Source of the DNA: a virus
Lineage: Duplodnaviria; Caudoviricetes
Direction: 5' to 3' (one strand)
Length of the DNA stretch: 64,000 bases
Virus record (IMG/VR): IMGVR_UViG_3300032265_002598
Span: 64,001 to 128,000 of that record
A model generated the notes under the pieces. The model was not told the origin of the DNA. It did not search any database and worked only from the letters and a program-made list of their open reading frames with translations. A program made the position numbers and the translations under genes. This document shows positions 1 to 10,624 of this stretch, one piece after another (positions within the stretch are counted from its first letter, which is position 1; the number at the start of each line of letters is the position of its first letter).

Positions 1-2
1 AT

Positions 3-3000
3 GTATTTGATAGTAGTCCAACTGTTCAGTTTAATTTAGGATCATATGGCTATGAGTCAGTACAGAATATTAGTGGAAGTATTGATACTATATATTGTGG
101 ATATCCAACTATTGGCCTCTTCGTTAATGGATTGACTGCAAATTTTAGTGGTCAGCAAGCAATTATTAGTCCAGCTAGTATAAATTCTGGCACACTCTCT
201 CTGATTCCTAGAAGAAATTATGTAGCCACATATAATAGACAAGAAACAAATTTTCATAAATATGAAGCCATATATACTCAGTATGTATCAAGTAATGGGT
301 CTAGTAAAATTTCATTATTTGATAAAAATTTAGAAGCTATAGAATTACCCTCCACTCCATTTGTCTATTCTTTAGTTTGCGGACAAGGGAGTGATGATAA
401 CTCTTCTTTTAGTATACAAAATGACAGACTAATATCTTCAGAATCTTTTGATTATGAGACTAAATCTTCTTACAAGATTAGAATAAGAAGTACAGATATG
501 TCTGGTAGAAATAAAGAGAAATCTTTTACTATTAGTATTGGTGATATTACAGGTGCTGCATTTGATAATATTCATCTAAATGCTCCTAATGATTATTCTT
601 TTAATTTAACAGACATAGTGCTTTCAAATAGTATAATTTCAGAAAACTCCCCAGTAGGAACAACTATTGGCAAAATCACTACTCTAGGTGGATATTCGCC
701 TTATTTAGAATTTGCCACAGCATCCAATAGTTTTAGCGGAGTATTAGTTAGTGGAAGTAATATAATAAGTGAGTGTAATCCATTTTATAAAATATACTCT
801 AATACTAATCCTTTACGAAATGCCTCTGTGTATGGAACACCTTATACTTTAATTACTGGTTTAACTATACACACTTCCCATACCGGCTTACTCTCTGCTA
901 ATATCTCTGGTATTGCAGAATCTATTGCTGTTAATGGTTTTACTCAAACTAGTGGATATATTATTAGTGGTTGTTCACCATCTATAATTGGTTCTATTTT
1001 TTCTGGTATGAAATTATATTCTAATACATCTGGTTGGAACCCTGAATCTCGTGTACAAAGTATAACTTCTAATTCTATTACTCTTAATCTACCATTCACT
1101 GGAACACAGATCAGTCCAATCTCAATATCTGTTTCTACTCTTGGCAGAAGTTTTATTCTAGATGTCCCTTTCACTAATAGCGGTGTTGTTAATACTTTAG
1201 TCACATATAGCGGCATAATACCAAATACTAAAAACTATTATCCATCAGGTCTACAATATTTTTCTACTACAGAACAGTCTGGTTATTGTCCTGTTGACGT
1301 AACTAAATCTTATGTCTATGGTTTTTCAACACAGGCTGATCAGTACACGGTATCTCCTGGCTATTATTTAACTGGTCTTGTTTATTTTTATTCAAATACG
1401 GGCACTAGTCAAATTTCTGTAAATTTACCAGAAAATCTTTATTTAGAAGCAGACGAACCCAGCACATTCCTTAATTTTATTAGTTCTAATACTGGATCTA
1501 TTCCACTAGATGATAACTATACTAATCTTAGTGATCTGATAGAAACTGGATTTTCAGTCCAAAATGCTCATTTATATCCTAACGGTAATCCAAATTCCAC
1601 TGGTACAGTATTGGTTAGTATAGATAGAAACCATGGATTTAAAATAATAGACTCAAAAATACTAAATCAGATACCTGTTCAATTTGTTGATGCTCCATTC
1701 AATAACGCCAATAGAATTCCTAAAAATAATCTATTTGATATCTTAGGTATTAATGGTAATAAAATAACAATAAAAGATTCTCAAAACTATTTATTAACAG
1801 AAACTAATAAACCAAAATATTTTGAAAAATCTATCGAAGGTAGATATCGTATTGCTAATATCTTTAATTTTAGTGGAACAATATTTCATAATTATAATCG
1901 AATATTTAATATTGATAAGGCAGACATTACTTCTTATCTAAAGAAAAATAGTGTCATAGGAACAAATTCATCTTTATCTTATAATTCAAATCATATATTT
2001 CCAATTTCTATAACTAGAATAGATGAACCATTTAATTTTGGAACTAAGATTGTTCCAGGATCAAATATTGTAAAATACTGTGGAGAATCATTATGGCAAA
2101 CAAAAATATTCTCTGGGGTCAATTTATACTCCACAGATCCTTTAATTGGTAGTAATGGTTCTACAATAATTGATCATTTTATTAATCCAACATTAAGATC
2201 TGTATCATTAGATAAAACAAATTTTGAAGATCCACAACTATCTTATGATTTTTCTGCATCTTCTACTCCAAATACTGGCACAGACTATACTAAAAATTAT
2301 ATTGTTAGTGGTTGTAATGATGGATTTTTGAGTCTGTCTGGATATTGTTATTTTTATACTGTTAGCGGAGTAGGTTCCTATCCTAAAACCATTAACTTTG
2401 GTCCTTCTATTGGTGGTTTCACAGAGAACAGTGGATACGTTATTAGTGGCTGTTCACCATCTCCAATTAGTTCTCTTTCTGTTGGTATGAAGTTATATTC
2501 TACTACTTCTGGATGGAACCCAGATTCTATTGTACAAAGTTTAACCTCAGATTCTATTACTCTAGATTTACCTTTTACAGGAACACAGACTAGTCCAATT
2601 CCAATTGTAGTTACAGATATTAATAGAATTGCTTATGAAACACTATCCATGAATCCGAGCCAAGCTACTATTAAACGAATAAGTCCTAGTAGCAGTACAA
2701 ATACAGCTTTTAATACTACTTCATTATTACCAGCAAGCGTAGCAACTATTCATAACGGATCTATTTTAAATAGTATTCCTCCATACCCATTTTCAATAGA
2801 GAATACAAAGCCCTATGCTTCTGGAATGAAAATACCAGTTAGTATTAATATTCCTGTCAATTATCAAGATATATTAGAAATCAAAGCAACATCTGGGTCA
2901 GTTACTCATGTTGTGCCATCTCTTAATTCTAGTAATCAAATAATTTATACAACAGGTATTTATCCAATATATAACTTTTTTGACTTAAAAAATATCCAAG

Positions 3001-6000
3001 CTACCGGTATTATTCCTGATAAGTCCCTTGTCTTAGAAACCAACACCCCAAATCTTTACAATGCAGAAACTAGTTTGGTAGTTAATATTAAACCTAAAAT
3101 TTTTCTTAATAATAAAATATGTATAACAAATGGATATAATGGTCTTAGAAAAACTAATTCATATTTTTCTAATGGAGACTCTATTTATATAGATAATTTA
3201 TCTTTACCCAGAAGCTATTTAAATCCGGATGATCAACTAACTATTCTTAGCTATAATGGCAATAGTTCTTTTGGTTCCGGAGTAAGTAGAAATATAAGAA
3301 TTACAAATTCTAATCCAAGAGATACTGCTTTCAGTGGGGTTCCAGCAAATGGGAATAACAGTATTATATTAAATAAATATGGATCACCATGGTATAATCA
3401 GTATAGATTTACAAATCCGCTAGGTCTCACTTTGGACCAACAAATACAGCCAACAGGATATATATCATTTGTTGGTTCTGTTTCTGGGAATTGTAGTATC
3501 CCCTTTAATAATAACATATACTACCATTCACATGGTGGTTTTACAGCATCTTGGCCAAGAGATCCTTCTGGAACGAACGTACCTGCTCCACAGACGGGAA
3601 TATATACCATAGGAGTTCATAGTCAAAATTGTTCTTCTGGTACTCTATGCGTTAGAGTTGCAGTATATAATGATAATCAATTCCGTAATATACCAGATAT
3701 AGTTAATCGTCAAGATATTGGTAAACAATCGAATGTTACCAATACATCTAATGGTAGTGGCTATCTTAGACCATGGGGAGTTAACAAGAAATTCTATTTT
3801 GATTTTAGCGATGATACTCCAGAGCTTAATGGTAGCTATTATATTGCTGATAGTTTAGACTCAAATAATTTTACTCTTAATATGCCTTTTAATGCTGATT
3901 ATCTTGGTCGTAGTGGTTTAGTTTATATTATAGATAGCGATTATAATATTAAATCTAATAGAAATCCTAATATAGATAATGTTTTTCAAATATCTCAAGG
4001 AAATATTAATATAGGAACTAACTTAGTAGATTACTATATTAATTCATACAATGATCAGTCTCACAGATGGAAGCATTTGATCCATTTCAATAAAGATATT
4101 AATAATTTTGGAGGATATAGCGGCACTATACATTATGGACAAGCTGGCACACAATTGATATCCTTGCCTCCAGACCTTCTTAAGATTTCTCAAATTGAAT
4201 ATATGTTTAATGATGAGTCAGCATATAAAACTGTAACAGACAATAATGTCACTATTCCTTCTACTAAAAATCAAATTTATTTTAAATTTACAGTATCAAA
4301 TGGTGCTGGTAAATGGTCAGATAATCTACTCCGATCTGCTCCACGAATTAATATCTATGGATTTGGCTCATATAATATAGATTTTTCTAATATAATATAT
4401 ACTAATTCTACAAGACAATGGATGATTCCAGTAGTTATATCCGATGTAACACAGTATGTTAATAATAAAAAAATTACTATAACAGTAAATGATGAGAGTG
4501 GTACAGATTCTACGGATATATTTTTGACAACTAAAATATTGCCAAAAATAGGAAATGCCGGAACAACTTATGTATATAAAAATAGTTCTATTAATTGGAT
4601 ATTACCATTTGATATTAAAAATCTCTCATCAGATAGCCAAACCTATACCCTTTCAGTTGATAATTATCCAGGTTCTTATTACAATATTATTGATGAAGAA
4701 CTACTATATGCTTCTGGCACAAAAATAGTAGTTGGTTCTGCTGGCGCAAATACTGGTATATTTAATCCAATATTAAAAATTAGAGATTATGTAACATCTG
4801 AAATTTTAGCATCACAAAGTGGGACAGTAGTAGTTCTGGATTCTTCTCAATCTAAACCTATATACTCTATCAATCCGCAAGGCCTTGATAATGATATTTA
4901 TATTGATATTACAAATGCTAATGATGTAGCATCTTTTTCTTTCTTTATTCCAGCTGTTCTTGATTCTCAAAGTAATCCTGTTGTTAGCTTTACTAATACT
5001 TCTTCTTTATCTATCAGTTCTAGTATAGAATATAGTACTAGTTCTCAAAGATACAGAGTTACAGCATTAGTTAGTGGATTAGCAGGATACTATCCTTCTA
5101 TTAATGCTAATATTGCAATATCTCAACCAGTAATACAGAGTGATGACAGTATTAATTGGGTAAGATATACAAAAAATCAAGCATTCAATCTTACTTTATA
5201 CAAAAGAATATCGATTAACAAAACAGAACTTATAGAACCATTAGTTTATGACCCAGCAGGGCCTTGGGCTTTACAGTTCAAAATACAAAATGGTATAGGT
5301 TCTCATCGCAGTGATCTTCCTCCTAAAGTTAGATTATCTAATTTACCAACAATAGGAAATTATTCATCACAACCACTAGAGTATCTTCTTTTTACAAAAT
5401 ATGATGAGATTAATCATTTGTGGTTAGTGTCTGTTGATGGGAAAAAAGATATTTTTGGTAAAGAAACAGAGGTTTTAGGGTTTAGAGATATTCAAGTTTA
5501 CGCAGAAGATGGGGTGTCTAGCAGCACAAGCATCATTAGATTATTCTTTACAAAACAGCAATATTTAGATAATATCAAATCTATTATCTATGCAACACCT
5601 AATAATAGTTATCAATCTAATTTAGATATTAAACAAGCCCCGCCTCCACCAGAAGATCTCCCACAGGTCGCTGTAGCTGCCTCACCTCTTACAGAAAATA
5701 CTGTACAATTAACAAGGTCGTATGCTAAATATGATAAAGACTTATCTCTATGGGAATATGCGTATTCCGGTGCTCCATTAACTGCTAAATGGGATGCTTC
5801 TATTGATATTACTAATCAAAATACTTCATTAGGAGATAGTAGTTATTCTAGTCTATTAGTTAAATGCAAAGGTATTGCTACGGATAAAATTTATGGAGTT
5901 GGTAAACTTAGTTTAGTTGAATTAGATTCCTCATATTTAGCTAGTATTGGAGGCACAACAGTACCATTTCAGATAGTAGATATTCAAGATCCATATGAGG

Positions 6001-9000
6001 CCAAAGAAGGCTTTCCTTGGGAAGTGTCTTTTGGCACTATAGGAGGATTAGAGAATCCTAATTATCCTCCAACAATCTTATTATCTGGGTTTCCATCTTC
6101 ATGTTCAGGATATAATCCTAAAATTTCGATAGAAGATCAGGCAGCATGTTTTATTGGCAGAGCTTGGAATCCGGCAAAGAAAAAATGGACTTTCAGTTTT
6201 AGCGGACTTCCACTGTGTAATATCTCAGGCGCTAAACCAATTATTATTACTGCTATTGATACTGATACTACACAAAACTTATATTTGAGTTCAGATAAAG
6301 CACAAGCTATTATTTTATACAAATCATTAATAGAACAAGGCATAAGCCACCCTGGACCTACCATTAAAACAATGCAGGGCTCATCAGATAATATCGAATT
6401 ATCTCCACTATGTGGTCAAGCTCCAATTGATAGCTATTGGCAATTTTATACTAATACAAGAGCCCAATGCCCAGAAGCAACTGGAATATCAGGATGGATT
6501 GTTAGTGGCTCGTTACCTTCTGGTCTTCATTACACAGTATCATTCCCTGGAGGTACTCCAGTCTCTCCATATGATAATCTAGGTACTGGAACTTTAAGAA
6601 TATATGGGGAACCTCTAACATTTGCTAGTGGTGGTTCATATCCAGATATTTTCTTATTCAAAGTTGTTGATGCTAGAAATAAATATGCTATTAAAGAGAT
6701 AAAATTTACAGATATTTCTACAGCTAATCCAGCTTCTCCAATTAATTTGACAGTTTATTTTGATGGTACTAAACCAGCTTATACTCCAAGAGGCAATGAT
6801 ATAGGACAAGTTCAACAACCTTCCGGTACCAATCCGATAGACGCTGATGGTCAGCAAAATTACTGGCCGCCAGCTATATCAGACGCTCTAACATGTACCA
6901 GTATTTTACCTCATTCTAATTGCCAGACTTCTTCATTTAGCTATAGTGGAGGAAATTTTGCAGCAGGGGACTCTAATGTATATATTAATAATATTACCAA
7001 TACTAAACTAACTAATACTGTTGGTAGTCTACTATATATTGAATTCGATAATAATCCTTCTAATACTTTTAACAGTGCTTATATACTAAAACAAAGTGGA
7101 ATCCCCAGCATTAAATATATAACAATTCCAGGCCACAATTTTACCGTAGGATCTGGTAGATTTGTTCAGTCTGCTATTAAAGCAATAAATACTTCTAATT
7201 TAAATAATTTCAAAGGAACTGTAGATTCTAGTAGTAGTAAATCAATACTTGGTTGTGGCATAATTAAGCCTAGAAGCATATATGACCCTAACAATTATGG
7301 TTTATTTGGAAGAATGAGACCTTCATATTCTGCATCTTTACCGGTATCTGGATCTTTTCGTAATGATGATATCTTCTTTACTGGACTTAATATTTCTACT
7401 ATATCAGATTATAGTAGTTATCCTTCGGTATATACTATGAAAACTTCTAATTGTTGGGAAACTGGATATCTTAGAATTAGTGGTATTAGCGTTCCAAAAC
7501 CATCAGTAGAATTAACAAACCCTCCCCCAGCAGATACATTTGCTCCATTTTCATACAATAACCAAGCATATGCTGTTTTAAGTCGTTGCACATATGGTTC
7601 TTCTCAATACGAAAAAGATAAATCAGAAAATTATAGATCAACATCGATTAATTATTTTATTAAACATTGTGTTTCTGGAACTGTATTAAATAGTGGGTCT
7701 GTATCTAGTTTAGGTGCTGGCTCTAGTACTGGAGATACTATTCAATTCAATTATATTTTTAATTCTGGCGCTGTTCTTTCTATGTTTATAAATAAAGCAT
7801 CTGATAAATTTCCAACTTATAAATATAATGCTATGCCATATGCAGAAAATGAATATTTTTGGGTTCATAAAGGAGGAAATAGAGATGACAATCCTACTCA
7901 ATTAAGCTTTCCTCCGATTATTATTACTGGTATTAAAAATAGTATTAGCTGCATGAGCGGATCACCAATATCTGGATATAGTATTAGAGCAGTAGGTGGT
8001 TATATTCCATTTAGTGGAGGCAGTCAAAAAATACCTTTCTATCAATTATCAGATGGTACTGCTTGGGACTTGGTTGACTATCCTCCATTATTTACTGGTG
8101 TATTACAGAAAAAACTTAATGAGAAAATATTAACTGGAACATATCAACATTCTGGATTCTTTGGTGGAACTGACGGTCAAAAACTTAATATTTCTTTACC
8201 ATCTAATGCTAGTTCTATTTTCAAATCCACTGATTCTGTTTTAATAAATTTTAGTGGAGATAATATATCATTTACTACTGGAATGATTTTAAACGATAGC
8301 TATAACAGCACAATGACCTTGCCTTATGTATATAATGGAACATCTACAGTTGGAACAGTAACAATATACGATAAATGCTATATTCAATCAATAGATAGTA
8401 CATCAATACTTTTACATCATAATAATATTCCTTATAAAACAGGAGATTATATAGATATATCAGATAGTGGTTCTCTATCTACAGAGAACAATAATCTATT
8501 ACCATATAATTATAAGCTATCTATAATTTCTGGAGATAATAGCTCTATAACAGCATCTTTCAATGGACCTAGCAGTTATTCTTTTGCTGCTGGATTTAAT
8601 GTTAGCGGTTTTTATGATATTAAGAAAAATGAGTATAATCAAATCAAATTAAACAATATTCTATATAATAAAAAGGGAGAATGGAGATTTGGATTAAGTG
8701 GTACTCCAACAGGCCTATATAAAGACTATAAATATAAAATATTTTCTATGGAGAACAGTGGATTACCAGCATTCTCCGGTACTTCTTTAATTCCTAAAAA
8801 ATATATAACAGAATACCCTGTTTATATTAATAAACCACTCAAAATTATTCTTCCTCAATCTATCATTAACTCTGGTATTATTAATAATAATGGATCATGG
8901 AGTTTCAGTTTTGAAATTGATGGAGGTCTTAGGCCTATTTATAGTAATACTCCAGAAATTTTAGTTAACAATAGTATGTGCATTTTTTCTAGATCTTTAG

Positions 9001-9170
9001 ATACAGCTAATATGAGAGATAGCTATAATAGTACTACAGACAGATTAACTATTACTTTATCTAGTACTAATAGTGTAAATTATGATTGGAGATCTATACA
9101 GACTCTTAATATTAGAGCATATGATGATACTGGTTCCGATACAGTAACAGTAAACTTAAATCAACCATAA
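3..9170 (+). CDS. Giant virion structural protein (5'-partial, >3050 aa) with cadherin-like and Ig-like repeats
   Basis: The frame is open from base 3 (VFDSSPTVQFNLGSY...) into the listed ORF at 132, so the true start lies upstream of the window. It contains a cadherin signature (YSLVCGQGSDDNSSFSI...FDYETKSSYKIRIRSTD), a putative-Ig motif (SGSLPSGL...GTLRIYGEP) and an S/T/N/G-rich beta-type composition, and sits in the structural block. Confidence 0.75.
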   Translation, partial: VFDSSPTVQFNLGSYGYESVQNISGSIDTIYCGYPTIGLFVNGLTANFSGQQAIISPASINSGTLSLIPRRNYVATYNRQETNFHKYEAIYTQYVSSNGSSKISLFDKNLEAIELPSTPFVYSLVCGQGSDDNSSFSIQNDRLISSESFDYETKSSYKIRIRSTDMSGRNKEKSFTISIGDITGAAFDNIHLNAPNDYSFNLTDIVLSNSIISENSPVGTTIGKITTLGGYSPYLEFATASNSFSGVLVSGSNIISECNPFYKIYSNTNPLRNASVYGTPYTLITGLTIHTSHTGLLSANISGIAESIAVNGFTQTSGYIISGCSPSIIGSIFSGMKLYSNTSGWNPESRVQSITSNSITLNLPFTGTQISPISISVSTLGRSFILDVPFTNSGVVNTLVTYSGIIPNTKNYYPSGLQYFSTTEQSGYCPVDVTKSYVYGFSTQADQYTVSPGYYLTGLVYFYSNTGTSQISVNLPENLYLEADEPSTFLNFISSNTGSIPLDDNYTNLSDLIETGFSVQNAHLYPNGNPNSTGTVLVSIDRNHGFKIIDSKILNQIPVQFVDAPFNNANRIPKNNLFDILGINGNKITIKDSQNYLLTETNKPKYFEKSIEGRYRIANIFNFSGTIFHNYNRIFNIDKADITSYLKKNSVIGTNSSLSYNSNHIFPISITRIDEPFNFGTKIVPGSNIVKYCGESLWQTKIFSGVNLYSTDPLIGSNGSTIIDHFINPTLRSVSLDKTNFEDPQLSYDFSASSTPNTGTDYTKNYIVSGCNDGFLSLSGYCYFYTVSGVGSYPKTINFGPSIGGFTENSGYVISGCSPSPISSLSVGMKLYSTTSGWNPDSIVQSLTSDSITLDLPFTGTQTSPIPIVVTDINRIAYETLSMNPSQATIKRISPSSSTNTAFNTTSLLPASVATIHNGSILNSIPPYPFSIENTKPYASGMKIPVSINIPVNYQDILEIKATSGSVTHVVPSLNSSNQIIYTTGIYPIYNFFDLKNIQATGIIPDKSLVLETNTPNLYNAETSLVVNIKPKIFLNNKICITNGYNGLRKTNSYFSNGDSIYIDNLSLPRSYLNPDDQLTILSYNGNSSFGSGVSRNIRITNSNPRDTAFSGVPANGNNSIILNKYGSPWYNQYRFTNPLGLTLDQQIQPTGYISFVGSVSGNCSIPFNNNIYYHSHGGFTASWPRDPSGTNVPAPQTGIYTIGVHSQNCSSGTLCVRVAVYNDNQFRNIPDIVNRQDIGKQSNVTNTSNGSGYLRPWGVNKKFYFDFSDDTPELNGSYYIADSLDSNNFTLNMPFNADYLGRSGLVYIIDSDYNIKSNRNPNIDNVFQISQGNINIGTNLVDYYINSYNDQSHRWKHLIHFNKDINNFGGYSGTIHYGQAGTQLISLPPDLLKISQIEYMFNDESAYKTVTDNNVTIPSTKNQIYFKFTVSNGAGKWSDNLLRSAPRINIYGFGSYNIDFSNIIYTNSTRQWMIPVVISDVTQYVNNKKITITVNDESGTDSTDIFLTTKILPKIGNAGTTYVYKNSSINWILPFDIKNLSSDSQTYTLSVDNYPGSYYNIIDEELLYASGTKIVVGSAGANTGIFNPILKIRDYVTSEILASQSGTVVVLDSSQSKPIYSINPQGLDNDIYIDITNANDVASFSFFIPAVLDSQSNPVVSFTNTSSLSISSSIEYSTSSQRYRVTALVSGLAGYYPSINANIAISQPVIQSDDSINWVRYTKNQAFNLTLYKRISINKTELIEPLVYDPAGPWALQFKIQNGIGSHRSDLPPKVRLSNLPTIGNYSSQPLEYLLFTKYDEINHLWLVSVDGKKDIFGKETEVLGFRDIQVYAEDGVSSSTSIIRLFFTKQQYLDNIKSIIYATPNNSYQSNLDIKQAPPPPEDLPQVAVAASPLTENTVQLTRSYAKYDKDLSLWEYAYSGAPLTAKWDASIDITNQNTSLGDSSYSSLLVKCKGIATDKIYGVGKLSLVELDSSYLASIGGTTVPFQIVDIQDPYEAKEGFPWEVSFGTIGGLENPNYPPTILLSGFPSSCSGYNPKISIEDQAACFIGRAWNPAKKKWTFSFSGLPLCNISGAKPIIITAIDTDTTQNLYLSSDKAQAIILYKSLIEQGISHPGPTIKTMQGSSDNIELSPLCGQAPIDSYWQFYTNTRAQCPEATGISGWIVSGSLPSGLHYTVSFPGGTPVSPYDNLGTGTLRIYGEPLTFASGGSYPDIFLFKVVDARNKYAIKEIKFTDISTANPASPINLTVYFDGTKPAYTPRGNDIGQVQQPSGTNPIDADGQQNYWPPAISDALTCTSILPHSNCQTSSFSYSGGNFAAGDSNVYINNITNTKLTNTVGSLLYIEFDNNPSNTFNSAYILKQSGIPSIKYITIPGHNFTVGSGRFVQSAIKAINTSNLNNFKGTVDSSSSKSILGCGIIKPRSIYDPNNYGLFGRMRPSYSASLPVSGSFRNDDIFFTGLNISTISDYSSYPSVYTMKTSNCWETGYLRISGISVPKPSVELTNPPPADTFAPFSYNNQAYAVLSRCTYGSSQYEKDKSENYRSTSINYFIKHCVSGTVLNSGSVSSLGAGSSTGDTIQFNYIFNSGAVLSMFINKASDKFPTYKYNAMPYAENEYFWVHKGGNRDDNPTQLSFPPIIITGIKNSISCMSGSPISGYSIRAVGGYIPFSGGSQKIPFYQLSDGTAWDLVDYPPLFTGVLQKKLNEKILTGTYQHSGFFGGTDGQKLNISLPSNASSIFKSTDSVLINFSGDNISFTTGMILNDSYNSTMTLPYVYNGTSTVGTVTIYDKCYIQSIDSTSILLHHNNIPYKTGDYIDISDSGSLSTENNNLLPYNYKLSIISGDNSSITASFNGPSSYSFAAGFNVSGFYDIKKNEYNQIKLNNILYNKKGEWRFGLSGTPTGLYKDYKYKIFSMENSGLPAFSGTSLIPKKYITEYPVYINKPLKIILPQSIINSGIINNNGSWSFSFEIDGGLRPIYSNTPEILVNNSMCIFSRSLDTANMRDSYNSTTDRLTITLSSTNSVNYDWRSIQTLNIRAYDDTGSDTVTVNLNQP
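357..683 (+). other. Bacterial cadherin-like repeat fragments within the giant virion protein
   Basis: PFVYSLVCGQGSDDNSSFSIQNDRLISSESFDYETKSSYKIRIRSTDMSGRNKEKSFTISIGD is the C-terminal part of a cadherin repeat. It is followed by TDIVLSNSIISENSPVGTTIGKITT, the N-terminal part of another. Confidence 0.7.
933..1133 (+). repeat. 67-aa internal duplication, copy 1
   Basis: NGFTQTSGYIISGCSP...GMKLYSNTSGWNPES...TLNLPFTGTQISPISISV; 49/67 identical aa to the copy at 2412-2612 (manual alignment). Confidence 0.9.
2412..2612 (+). repeat. 67-aa internal duplication, copy 2
   Basis: GGFTENSGYVISGCSP...GMKLYSTTSGWNPDS...TLDLPFTGTQTSPIPIVV; same length (201 nt) as copy 1. Confidence 0.9.
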
Positions 9171-9185
9171 GGATATAAATAGATT

Positions 9186-10340
9186 ATGGCTACTGTTAAT
9201 ATCACTCCATCGTCTCCAAAAATTTTAGTTATCAATCAGTCTATAGCTGGATCTGATACTCCTAATGTAATTACTACAAATCTTAATATTATAGATGGTT
9301 TTGATAATACTGTTAGTGTAGTTTATGCTGAAAGAGGATTAACTGGATTAACTGGACCTAGCGGTTTGCGAGGAGAAACTGGTCCCGCAGGCCCTCAAGG
9401 AGAAATCGGTCCATCAGGTTTGCAAGGGCCTCCAGGCAGTGGGTTAACTAAATTAAATGTTGGAAATATCATTATAAAAGAAAATGATACTTTAAATATA
9501 GTTGGAGCAGGAGGAACTTCTGTCTCATTTTCTCCCAATACTAAAACAATTAATATTTTATCAGATAATTTAAGTTCACAGTATTCACCTTTGGGTCATC
9601 ATCATGTTTCAAGTGATATTAATAATTTCAATGAATCTGTTGACGATAGAGTTGCAGACTTATTAAAAGCAGGAACCTCTTTACAGCTTAATTATGCAGA
9701 TCAGGATTTTAATACTCTAACATTATCTGTTACTGGCTTAACTATTGGAACAGACATCCAAGCCTATAATGACAGATTAACACAATTAAGTAATTTACAG
9801 ATTACTCGAAATCAGCTTATTTACGGGACTGGAGTTGATAAATATGGAACAATACCTATTAGCGATGCTGGTAAAGCTCTAATTAATGACGTTTCAGCAT
9901 CTGCTCAAAGAAATACATTAGGTTTAGGAACTGTAGCAATTTTGTCAGCAGATCTTTTTGCTAGGCTTGAGGGAGGAAATAATTTTACAGGCACCCAATC
10001 TTTAGGAGACGGAGAGTTAACACGATTCTCAGCCTCTTTGCAAAATATTTCATCTTCTGGCTATAATATAACCCAAGCAGACAATGGTAAAGTTTTAACA
10101 TTTACTAATAATGATCATGCAATTAATATACAATTTAGTGATAATTTATCTCTAGGTTTTAATTGTTTGCTTTCTCAATTAGGTTCTGGTCAAGTTAGAG
10201 TCTCTGGAGTTGGATTATCTAACAGATTAGGTCACTCCAAATTAGTCGGACAATACTCAATTGCAACTCTTGTAAAAGCTGGAGTTAATACTGTAATATT
10301 ATCTGGAGATACTACTGATGCTAATGGTGGCCCAGATTAA
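9186..10340 (+). CDS. Collagen-like tail fibre protein
   Basis: About 11 Gly-X-Y triplets at 9336-9437, an HHH motif (GHHHVSSDI) and fibre-type segments (GTDIQAY, DAGKALINDVSASAQRNTLGLG). AGGA precedes the ATG. Confidence 0.75.
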   Translation: MATVNITPSSPKILVINQSIAGSDTPNVITTNLNIIDGFDNTVSVVYAERGLTGLTGPSGLRGETGPAGPQGEIGPSGLQGPPGSGLTKLNVGNIIIKENDTLNIVGAGGTSVSFSPNTKTINILSDNLSSQYSPLGHHHVSSDINNFNESVDDRVADLLKAGTSLQLNYADQDFNTLTLSVTGLTIGTDIQAYNDRLTQLSNLQITRNQLIYGTGVDKYGTIPISDAGKALINDVSASAQRNTLGLGTVAILSADLFARLEGGNNFTGTQSLGDGELTRFSASLQNISSSGYNITQADNGKVLTFTNNDHAINIQFSDNLSLGFNCLLSQLGSGQVRVSGVGLSNRLGHSKLVGQYSIATLVKAGVNTVILSGDTTDANGGPD

Positions 10341-10351
10341 CGGAGAAAATC

Positions 10352-10543
10352 ATGATCTTACCTCCATTTTTTGGATATCCATTATCTTATAAAGACAGAG
10401 AAATTTACAGAATTTATTATTCATCTTTGGGTCATGATTTTTTAACATATAAAACTCCTGATTTTTCAGCATTGGTATCGTATGTTGCTGTAGAAGTATT
10501 ATTGTATGATCTTCCGTGTGACTTACAGATTTCAATAATTTAA
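10352..10543 (+). CDS. Small hypothetical protein (63 aa)
   Basis: ATG preceded by GGAG, fills the gap after the fibre gene, co-oriented with the operon. Confidence 0.6.
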   Translation: MILPPFFGYPLSYKDREIYRIYYSSLGHDFLTYKTPDFSALVSYVAVEVLLYDLPCDLQISII

Positions 10544-10546
10544 ACC

Positions 10547-10564
10547 GGTGTATTAAATCTATAG
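10547..10564 (+). promoter_or_regulatory. Candidate phage promoter motif GGTGTATTAAATCTATAG
   Basis: Lies just after a stop codon in an intergenic gap and resembles the motif at 13996-14013 (shared GGTGTAWTWAAT). Function is inferred only. Confidence 0.35.
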
Positions 10565-10624
10565 GACTATATTGACCAATATAATGATCATATTAAGCAA
10601 TATAATTCTGGTCTAGGAGATACT

